A DNA stretch of 42,639 nt from the NCBI GenBank assembly GCA_964529255.1, contig CAZGVT010000003.1, positions 1 to 42,639 of the forward strand, in the 5' to 3' direction. Positions 1-9,600 of the stretch are shown piece by piece. The DNA is from an uncultured Alphaproteobacteria bacterium. GTDB lineage: Bacteria > Electryoneota > RPQS01. The notes below the pieces were generated by a model. It searched no databases. It had not been told where the DNA came from and was given only the letters and a program-made list of their open reading frames with translations. The translations under genes were made by a program, and so were the position numbers. Position 1 is the stretch's first letter. Every line of letters starts with the position of its first letter.

Positions 1-3000
1 AGCCTTCCATTGAATCACATAACGGTGGTTGGTTGAATCGAAATAGGTCCATACGCCGAGATTGGCGCCCGAAGTCTTCAAGTCGTCCCAGTACGGCGCC
101 ATCATCGCATTCGGCGCCTGCTGCGCGGGAATCGGGAAGTTGCGGAAACCGTCCATCCAAGCCTGCGAACCAAACGCGGCCCATCCGTTTGAGCAGATCG
201 TGATTGAATCGAACGTCTGCCCGTAGTACATGAAATCAAACGGCAGCGAACGAGCGACGGACCAGACCTGTGATACGGTCGTCTTCTCGCCGATGTCCGC
301 GATGTTCAGATTCGTGCCAAGGCCGGCGGAAATATCCAAATACTGGAACGTCGGATGCATCTCGTAGGACGCGTCAACGTCGTCATAGGCGTAGTAGCCA
401 AAGGCGTCGGGTCCGGTAGGATCGGTGTTCTGTGCGGTCCCGACTGAGATCGTGAATTGCGAGGTATCGACCAGTCCATTAGATCCGGTGACGATGAGCA
501 TCATCGGCGCAACATGTCCACGGAACGTCAGAGAATTTGCCCGTAGCCTGAATTGATCCGCGCTATTGGTCACCTGCTGATCGGGCCCGATGTCGCCAAA
601 GGTCCCGCTCACGTCTTCAACCTGAACGAACGGACTGAAAGACGTCAATTGAGCGGTCGCGCCCGCCAACGTGACTTCGCCATTATTGCGAACCGTCACG
701 CGAAAATCAGAGGTCACCCCGGGAGCAAATGGCGTGGTGAATTGCGAAGAAATGTAGTCTGCCGTCGCGCCGACGCATTCGAGATCAATTCCCGAAATCG
801 ATGTTCCGGAGTTCGAAGTAATCGCCAGGGTTAACAGGGCAGTTTCGAGATGCTGCATTGCCGGATTCACGGTAATGCGAAATGCCGTGCTGCCAAGCGC
901 GGAATCATTGGGCGCCAGATTCGTGAAGGTCGCCGTTCCGGTCACCACAGAAACGTGAGGATTGTGACTGGTCAGCGTCGCGGAGATACCCGTGGCTGTC
1001 GAACTGGTTCCAAAGTTCCGCAGGTAGATCGGAAGGTCGATGGTCTCCGTTGGATTGACAATCCCGTTGCTATTGCCGTTGCTGCCGCCGGAGTTGTCAT
1101 CGTCGACGGCGAATGAAGTGATCGAGACATACTGTTCGACTACCGCACAGGGAACCGTGGCCAGATAGGGCACGTGATTACGCTTCGTGATGGTCACCAG
1201 CAGATCGCCCGGCGTACGCACGTCAATCGGAATCTCGACATGGCCGGAGGGATCGGTCAACTCGCGAGCATACACCTCGGTACCTTTCCACAGCACCACC
1301 AGCGCGTCGTCGATGGGGAGGTTGGTACCCTGTTCGAGCACGTCGAGGGTCATGTGGCGCGCCCCAACACTGAGTTGCGGAACGTGCGTGACTGAAAGCA
1401 CTGTGGGTACGCGGGTCCACATGGAAAGTCCCGGCTCACCCATCAAGTTGTTCCAACGGGTAAAGTTCTGGGCCTCGCCGGAGCCGCTGCCAAAAGAAAG
1501 TGGAAGCCAGACTTTCCCCGCGTTCAAGGCGTGACCAATGTGTTCGATAAGCTGGGTGGTTATGGCATACAGCAAGCCACCGGCAAACGTCCCGTTGGGC
1601 GGCGCGTGCGTTCCGGCGGTCGACGTACCAATGCCACAAATCCCGCCTTTCAACACGGTCGGGCTGGTGCCGGCAACAAGATAGGACTCGGCCGTACCAA
1701 GTCCGGAAACGAATTCGTTGGCACCACAAGTCACGCACATCACTACCGGCAGTCTTGTGCCGGAGTTGCAGGTATTCGCGAGCGATGCGTCCATCTGACC
1801 GAGCCAGCTACCCCGCCAGAAGAAATAACCGACACCCGCTCCCAATTGGTCCCGCACAAGTTGATCCGACACGTGGCCGTTCACCCAATTAACTTGGTTG
1901 CTCTGCACGCCCGTATTCAGACGGAACTGCTGGGCCGTCCACTGCATCAGCGTATAGTTAGACGCAATCTCGTTGGCCACACCGGCATAAAGGAAGGACT
2001 TGGTGTACCAGAGCGTGTCGGTCATGTTCGGTGTGCGCTCATAGGCCATGATCTTGGCATTAATGATCGCCATCTGACTGCTCGATTCACCACTCAGTCG
2101 GCCGACGCCGATATCTTCGAGATCGTCCCCGTTGTTGCCGAGGGCAAATGTGTGGTCGTAGTTGCCGCCATCTGTCGGCACGCCGAAGGATGACGGGTCA
2201 CCCATGAGCGCCACGAATTCGAGCGGCGGATCCCAGTTTGCGTAGGCGGTCTGAATCGCCGTGCGCATCGTGTTCGCATTCCAATTCCCGCGAGCGTCGA
2301 CAACCACATCAAAACCGCGCCGAGTCTTCCAGACGCGAAGGCTGTCCGTCCACTGCAGATTCTGAGCATCGTTCTTGGTGATGATCATATAGCTGCCGGG
2401 GCGATCCGTCGCATTGATCAGAGCATTCTCATCGAGATTCGCTATCACAGATTCGTAGATCGGAACCCAATACTGCGACGGGCGCTTCGGATTCAACAGC
2501 TCGTTTTCGGATGGCTCGTCATTTGCTACCAGCTCCACGCTTAGCTGATTGTAGATTCTCGCCTGTTGCGTGACCGGATTGATCTGAACGGGATAAAGCG
2601 TGACGATCACGACGCGGAAGTCGCGCAAGATCATCGGCTCGGAAACCGTTGCAACCTGCGGAGGATACCACGCGTCCTGCGAGAAGATCGCCTCGTCGCG
2701 CGCGACTGCAAAGGTGTTGCCTTCTATTTGGAACGGCAGCGCATTGACATCGTCCATGATCTCAAACTCAGTGTTGCCGATGACGAGGTCAACCCCGCCG
2801 GTGTTCGGGATCCGGTAATATCTCGACACATGGGGAATGGTGGGCGCGCCCTCTTCGTAAACAAACGGCTCTCCCGACATCCCAAAGCTCTGGTAGGTCT
2901 CGAAGTCCAACAAATACTGATCGACTTGAACCTCCGGGCCCGTAAGCTCAATTGTCGTGTATTCCGGAGATGTTCGTGATACAATAAGCGGAGTCGGTGA

Positions 3001-3111
3001 TTCGCCAAATGCGTTGATTCCGACCGGGATTGGCAACGTTGCGAAAGACGCGGTGCTAAGTGCCAGCAATACGCCGATGGCGACAAATAACTTTCCGAGC
3101 TTTGATGTCAT
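1..3111 (-). CDS. Peptidase C25 (gingipain-like) family secreted protein; C-terminus runs off the window and ends in a NIDO-like module
   Basis: Absent from the ORF track because it is open to the window edge. I checked the frame codon by codon and found no stop from 3111 down to 1. ATG at 3111 follows GGAGGAA. N-terminus MTSKLGKLFVAIGVLLALSTASFA is a signal peptide. C25-type motifs LMGDPSSFGVP..NYDHTF..DIGVGRLSG and VVMCVTCGANEF are present. The last ~116 aa (FQYLDIS..FMYYGQTFDSITICSNGWAAF..APYWDDL) match the module repeated in the neighbouring giant gene. Confidence 0.8.
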   Translation of the reverse strand, partial: MTSKLGKLFVAIGVLLALSTASFATLPIPVGINAFGESPTPLIVSRTSPEYTTIELTGPEVQVDQYLLDFETYQSFGMSGEPFVYEEGAPTIPHVSRYYRIPNTGGVDLVIGNTEFEIMDDVNALPFQIEGNTFAVARDEAIFSQDAWYPPQVATVSEPMILRDFRVVIVTLYPVQINPVTQQARIYNQLSVELVANDEPSENELLNPKRPSQYWVPIYESVIANLDENALINATDRPGSYMIITKNDAQNLQWTDSLRVWKTRRGFDVVVDARGNWNANTMRTAIQTAYANWDPPLEFVALMGDPSSFGVPTDGGNYDHTFALGNNGDDLEDIGVGRLSGESSSQMAIINAKIMAYERTPNMTDTLWYTKSFLYAGVANEIASNYTLMQWTAQQFRLNTGVQSNQVNWVNGHVSDQLVRDQLGAGVGYFFWRGSWLGQMDASLANTCNSGTRLPVVMCVTCGANEFVSGLGTAESYLVAGTSPTVLKGGICGIGTSTAGTHAPPNGTFAGGLLYAITTQLIEHIGHALNAGKVWLPLSFGSGSGEAQNFTRWNNLMGEPGLSMWTRVPTVLSVTHVPQLSVGARHMTLDVLEQGTNLPIDDALVVLWKGTEVYARELTDPSGHVEIPIDVRTPGDLLVTITKRNHVPYLATVPCAVVEQYVSITSFAVDDDNSGGSNGNSNGIVNPTETIDLPIYLRNFGTSSTATGISATLTSHNPHVSVVTGTATFTNLAPNDSALGSTAFRITVNPAMQHLETALLTLAITSNSGTSISGIDLECVGATADYISSQFTTPFAPGVTSDFRVTVRNNGEVTLAGATAQLTSFSPFVQVEDVSGTFGDIGPDQQVTNSADQFRLRANSLTFRGHVAPMMLIVTGSNGLVDTSQFTISVGTAQNTDPTGPDAFGYYAYDDVDASYEMHPTFQYLDISAGLGTNLNIADIGEKTTVSQVWSVARSLPFDFMYYGQTFDSITICSNGWAAFGSQAWMDGFRNFPIPAQQAPNAMMAPYWDDLKTSGANLGVWTYFDSTNHRYVIQWKA

Positions 3112-3375
3112 GGAGTTCCTCCGAATTCGGGCCATATTATTCACATCGCGAGGCGCTGTGAAACTACTCTTCTTCAATTTTGGAAAGTAGCGAATTGCTC
3201 CACATCTCGCAACCTGTGCGGTACAAGGAGGTATATCCCTCCACGACTTACGACCGCCAAACTGCGCAGAAAATGCGCGTCTGCGAGCACGGCCTCATGC
3301 GCGCCCGCCCGGTCCGGAAGCTGATGAACCGGGCTCTGCATCCCAACCCGGTCGCTCGTGATCTTCCTATGGTAT

Positions 3376-3394
3376 TGTAAATTATTTATTTACA
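3376..3394. promoter_or_regulatory. AT-rich perfect inverted repeat TGTAAAT-tattt-ATTTACA in the divergent intergenic region; possible operator
   Basis: 7-bp arms with a 5-bp spacer, read directly. It sits in an AT island within otherwise GC-rich DNA, between the divergent C25 and giant-protein genes. Confidence 0.3.
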
Positions 3395-3563
3395 GCAACC
3401 CCGCGGATTGCGTGTGAGAGATCGGAGTCGAGTCCCCCTCATTCTGCTGTCTCGGCAAGCGCGCCTCTTATCTGAGCGACAGAGCCGCCCGGCGTTCAGT
3501 TGGCTTCTCGATGGCGGAGTGTTCAGGATGCAGCCGCTAATCTTCTTCGCTATGAAGGAGTCC

Positions 3564-3592
3564 TTGACTATTAGAGCAGAACTTGTTTTATT
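3564..3592 (+). promoter_or_regulatory. Putative sigma70-type promoter of the giant surface-protein gene (TTGACT-17 nt-TTTATT)
   Basis: -35 TTGACT at 3564-3569, 17-nt spacer, -10-like TTTATT at 3587-3592, about 50 nt upstream of ATG 3644. The -10 is weak. Confidence 0.35.
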
Positions 3593-3643
3593 GAATACTT
3601 AGACAATTTGTTTTCATCTGATTTCCCTAAGCAGGAGACATCC

Positions 3644-6600
3644 ATGAGCTGGCAAACGAAGGCTTTGGTTCTGATCGTACTGGGGACACTGATGGCGGCC
3701 GGTATTTCCAACGCCATGGGGTACGATAAGGCAGCAGTCATTCGACTCGAGGAAAAATTCCGCAGCGGCCAATCCCTGACCGCCGAGGAGCTTATTGAAG
3801 CGCGTCGTCTCGCCGAAGCGGGCGCACCCATTGACGCGGCCGCTATGGCGGGTGGTTCGCCCAATCCGGCCCAAGACCGGGGCCGGCGCAATCCGCTGGA
3901 CGAGTACAGTTGGGTTGAGACAGACTATGAGTGGGTAGACATCAGTGCGAACGGCACGAACACCGGGCTCACGGGTGACGACCAGAACCTTGGGCCGTTC
4001 GCGCTTGGATTCACGGTTTCGTATTTCGGGCAAGACTACACCTCACTTCGCGTATGCTCCAACGGTTTCGCGAGCTTCACCAGCACAGCGGCCACCTTCA
4101 CCAACCAGTCGATTCCGAACGCCAATGAGCCGAACAACTCGCTCTTCGGGTTGTGGGACGACTTGTTTCTGCCGAATGGTGGTCAAGTACTGTACTATGC
4201 GGACGACGCCAACGACCGGTTCATCGTGAGCTGGCTCGATGTGCCGCACATCGATGGTAACGGCAATTACACTTTCCAGATTATCATCAATGCCAGCGGC
4301 AGCATCGTTTACAACTACATGAGCCTGGCGGACGTGGGCAGCATTACCGTCGGCATCGAGAATCAGGGCGGCACGGAAGGCTTGCAAGTTTGCTTCGACG
4401 GAACGGGTACGCTGCCGACCAACGAATCTGCGTTCCTGATCTCCGAGCAGGACGGGATACCGGCACAAGTTACCAATCTCGTCGGGTCTGTCAATGGGAC
4501 GACGGTGACACTAAGCTGGCTCGATCCGACGCAGGACACGAACGGCAATCCGATTACGCTTACCAACGTTCAGGTCTGGCGCGGGCTTCCCGGTCAAGGT
4601 CAGTTGATTGCCACCGTTAACCCCGGAGTGCAAACCGCTGTTCATACGAACGCGCCGACCGGAGAGGCCGACTACTACGTTCGCGCTTATGCGAATCCTT
4701 TTTACGGCAGTGCCCGCTCGGTACATGTCGTAGTCGGTGATGCGAGCTATGTGGAGGGATTTGACCAAGGAGATGGACTTTGGGTGGCAGGAGGAGATGC
4801 CGACGGATTCGAGTGGGGTATCCCGCTGGACGGTCCTAACGCGCTGAGCGAACCCAATGTCTGGGGAGTCGACCTTGACGATTTCTATGAGGACAATCAG
4901 CACGCGTACGTTGATCTGGATATCGGCCTGACAGTTGTTTCGACCGACGCGAGCTTCGACTGCTGGATCTGGTATGCGGCGGAGAATTCCTGGGACGGAT
5001 GCAATTTCAAGGTCAGCATTGATGGCGGCAACACATGGGAGATCGTGACCCCCACTGAAGGCTATCCTTGGGCTTCAATCCAGGCGGATAACCAGTGGAT
5101 TGGAGGAGAGCCGGCTTGGACGGGAACATCGAACAGTTGGCTGCAGGTACACCTACCCATTGGTGTCTACGTGGGCGAGGCTCCTATCTTCCGATTTGAT
5201 TTCGGCGCCGACCCGATTATTTCAGGCTATGCCGGATTCTATTTTGACAATGTCGTCATCTGGGGGCTTCAGGAACCGGTGACGGCAACTGTCTCCGGCA
5301 CGGTGACGCTGGATGGCGGAAACGGCAACATTACTCAGGTGCAGGTGCGTTCGAACGGCATCGGGAATCCAATAACGAATCCCAATGCACAGGGGCAGTA
5401 CACTCTACAGAATGTGCTCGTCGGAGAGCGGACGATTACGGCGCTGTTGAACGGCTACCAGACGACTTCCATCATTGTTACCGTTCCCGAAGGCGGAATC
5501 AACAACGTGAACCTGCTGGTACCGCGCAATCCTCCGCCTGCGCCGACACTCACGTCCGCGTCGGTGAATGGCGAGACCGGTGTCGTGACCTTGAGCTGGA
5601 CGTTGGTTGCCGATCCGCTCGTGGACGAGTATTGGGTCATGCGCAAGATGCGCGAGGACGATGACTGGGTGCACGTGCAAACTTATACCGGAAATAGCGG
5701 CACCGATCAGCTCACGTTGTCGGGCATTTGGCAGTATGCGATCCGCGCGGTGGACACGGGTGCGTCGCAACCCATTCAGTCGGCCAATTCCAACCATGAA
5801 GAGGTTCTGTATGGCGAGATTCCGCCGACGGGACTGCATGCCAATGGAAATTTCGACGATCATATTCACCTCTTCTGGCTGCCTCCGGGAGTCTCTCCCG
5901 CGTTCCAGATATTCTACGACGACAGTAGCGCCGAGGCCTGGTACAGTGTGCAGGGACTCGCGCCGAGCGGTCCGCAGGATTATTTTGCGGTGAGGTTTAC
6001 CCCTCCGTCGATTGATTCTGTGGACTATCCGCTGCCGGTGCAGACCGCGAACATTTACTTCCAGATGTCGGATCCACCGCTCGCTCAGGTCCTTGTGTGC
6101 CCGGATGGCGGCGGATTCCCGGATCTTGATAATGCGTGGATCTCGTTTGTCGATCTCGCGGCCGATTCCAGCCCGGGCTGGTTACACGCTCCCGTCGACG
6201 GCGCCGTGCTGCTCGAAGACGATTCTGACTTCTGGGTCGCTTGGCAATTCGCTCCCGGATTGATCGGACCCTTGACGGGGTCGGATGCGACGCAGGTTGA
6301 CGGACGATCCTATTGGACGCTGGCTCCGCCGCAGTGGAACCAGTGGAATTTCCATGACTGGATGTGCCGTGTCTGGGTCGGCGGTGCAGGCGGTGCGGCT
6401 GCTCAGGGTCGCGGCTTTGTGCTTTCCACCGGAACTGCCTCAGGCTATCGCATCGATCAGGTTCCGACCGGCGGCACGATCACTTCAATGACATTGTCCA
6501 AGAACGGCGCTGATGAAGCCGAAGTTGCGATGGCCGGTCCGGTCCGCTCGGCCGTGACGAATGTGGCCGGAGATTTCTCCGACATTATCGGCAACCCCGG

Positions 6601-9600
6601 CCGGAGCATTCCCAGCAACCCGTACTCGGGCGCGCCAATGCTCAGCTATCGCGCGGACAACCGAAATACGTTGGATGATCTCGTGAACTACCGGGTCTAC
6701 CGGGACGGCGTGATGATCGCCCAGCCTGTCGAGTCGGAATACGATGATTTCGTGAATGAGGGCATCACCTACAGCTACTACGTCACCGGCTGGTACGATT
6801 CCAACGAAGAGTCCGGACCGACGGGTACGATTGATGCGACTGCGGCAATGGCTCCGGCCGCTCCGGCGAATGTAAACGGCGTGACTCTGAACAGCACGCA
6901 AATTCGCATTGAGTGGATCAATCCCACGGTCAATGCAAACGGTCAGCCGCTGATCGACTTTGCCGGCTGCCGCATTTTCCGTGACGGCGTTCAGATTGGA
7001 GAAGTTGGCGTCGGAGTGCAGCAGTACGTGGACACTCCGCCACTGCCAAACCGCACTTATTTGTGGGAAGTTCGGGGCTTCGACGAAGTGCCGAACGTGG
7101 GACCGGCCGGCAGCTTCGCGGGGTCCGTGATCGACCCGTGGGCTGAAGACAGCTATGACTGGATCGACATATCTCAGGACGGTATCAATACCGGCCTGAC
7201 CTTCGACGACCAGAATAACGGCCCGTTCAATATCGGATTCCCGTTCACTTTCTACGGGAATACGTACACCTCGATACGTGTTTGTTCGAACGGCTGGATT
7301 TCGTTCACCGACGTTTCGACCACGTATTTTAATCAGCCGATTCCGAGCACGTTCGCTCCGAATAACGCGATTTACGGAATCTGGGACGACCTTTTCCTCC
7401 CCACCGGCGGACAGATATTGTACCGCGCCGATCCGGGCCAGTTCATCGTGAGCTGGCTGGACGTGCCGCACATTGACGGCCAGGGCATCTTTACCTTCCA
7501 GATCATTCTCGATGAGTCGGGCGGGATCAAGATTAACTACCAAACCGTCGATCACGCCATGTCCTGGACTACAGGTGTGGAGAATCTGGCCGGAACTCAG
7601 GCCATCCAACTCTGCCATGACGGTGTCGGCGACTGGTGCGCGACCAGCGAATCGGCGGTCTCGTTCTGGGGAGCGCCACCGGTTTATGCAAATGTTTCCG
7701 GGCATGTGACGCTCGATGGCGGCGCCGGTAATCTTACTCAGGTGGCCGTGTCGGCAAACGGCGTCAGCCATCCGACGACCAATCCCGATGCTCAGGGTGA
7801 CTATACGCTAACCGACGTGGTAGTCGGCAATCGCCGGTTGATCGCGTCGCTCACCGGATATCATTCTGACACGATCAATGTGGCCGTGCCCGAGGGCGGA
7901 CTGATCGGTCAGAATTTCACGCTCGTGCGAGTGGACCCGCCGGTTCCCACCGGCCTGACCGGATCCGTGAACAGCGGTACCGGATTGGTGACACTGGATT
8001 GGGCCGACTCGCCCGATCCGCTGGTCGATGTTTATCGCATCTATCGGAAGCTTCAGACTGAAACTCAGTGGGTGCTTGTGCAGACGGTTTCACAGTCGAA
8101 TGCCACCGACCAGCTCACCGTAGACAATGTTTACAACTATGCGGTCTCGGCTGTCGACAATGGCGTGACTACACCTGTGGAATCGGATCTCTCAAGTTCG
8201 ATTACCATCCTGTATGGAGAAATTCCGCCCGTGCAGTTGACGGCAAACGGGAATTTCGACGACCACATTCATCTGTCGTGGTTCGAGCCGGGCACTCCGC
8301 CGGAAAGCGAGATGTTCTATGACAACGGCGCCAACTCGCCGAACATTGACGGTATCGGCTGGTGGGGCGGTCAACCTACCTTTGGCTGGCTTGTGGCCAA
8401 ATACTCAGGTAACGGCGAGATTGCCGTTACAAGGCTGAAAACCTGGATCACGAGTTTCGCAATGGAAGGTGATCCAATCCAGATCGGTCTATTCGCAGCT
8501 GATGACAGCGGGCTGCCGACCGGCGATCCCCTCAGTGTCGTCGACGATGTGCAGACCGCTCCTTTCGATGTCTTCAAAGAATGGGATATTGATCCGCCTG
8601 CGATTTTCCCCAGCGGGACCTTTTTTGTCGGCATGAGGCAGATGACTTTCAACTCCATCTGCCTCGGCGGCGATGACACGACTCCATTCATCAACAGCAC
8701 GTTCTACTATGCGTTCACGGCGGGAACGTGGACTTCATACGAGCCGGGGCTGCCCGTGATTCCGATGCAGCGCTGTTTCGTTATCGGCGACGTCGGCGGC
8801 GTGCCGATGGAGCTGGAATTGGCTCCGAGCCCGGCAGGCGAACTGTCGTCCGTGCTGTCACAACGCAGCCCCGCGAAAGTGGATGCTCGCGGCCCTGTCA
8901 AGGTCTCGTTGCAGAAAGGGGCTCCTGTGCAGATGTCGTGGGAGACCTTGATGAATAAGTACAACGCGGATCCGCGTGCCGCGGCCATGCCGAATATCAA
9001 GGCTGATTTCACAGCCGTGAATACTCAGCGCATGATGGAGCGAGCCGAGCAGGCGACGGATGTGCGCGTTCCATACGCTTCTACTGGCGGCGACGATCGT
9101 GACGGACGTCGCGGTACTCTGGATGACATTCTCTACTACATCGTGTACCGGAATGGCGTGGACATCGGACATCCGGTGGGTCTCAGCTATGATGATCCAC
9201 GACCGGAGAACACGCCGACGGATTACTACGTTACGGCCTACTACGACAACAACGAAGAGTCGCAGCCAAGCAATACCGTCAACGACGCGGTTTGCAACAT
9301 GGCGCCGGGAATGCCGCCGAGTATCAATCTCACTCCGGTTGGGCAATCCACGATGCGCGTCACGTGGACCGCGCCGACGCAGAATGCCGACGGCACGCCC
9401 CTCGTGGACCTTGCCGGCTATCGTATCTATCGCGACGGCGCACAAGTGGGAACGGTAGGTGCGGGGGTTACGCAGTACGACGACGTGCCTCCGGTGCCGA
9501 ACGAATTCTACTTGTGGAGCGTGCGCGGCATCGACGAAGTACCAAACGTCGGGCCGGAAGCCAGTCGCGTGGGTGCGGTGCAGAGTCCGTGGGAGGAAAT

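Noticed and set aside
553-2979. The many short plus-strand ORFs listed for 553-2979, which could suggest a non-coding or degraded region
   Set aside because: Manual triplet-by-triplet reading shows an uninterrupted minus-strand frame from 3111 to 1, encoding a C25-like peptidase. The ORF track omits it because it has no stop inside the window.
3608-3643. N-terminal extensions proposed by the ORF track (TTG 3608 giant gene; 11688 DinB-like; 12386 methyltransferase; 19672 ccsB; 32401 pal; 16042 spmA; 37680 DUF2007-like)
   Set aside because: Internal ATG or GTG starts have better SD spacing and give proper signal peptides or lipoboxes, or avoid long overlaps with upstream genes. The extensions have non-protein-like composition.
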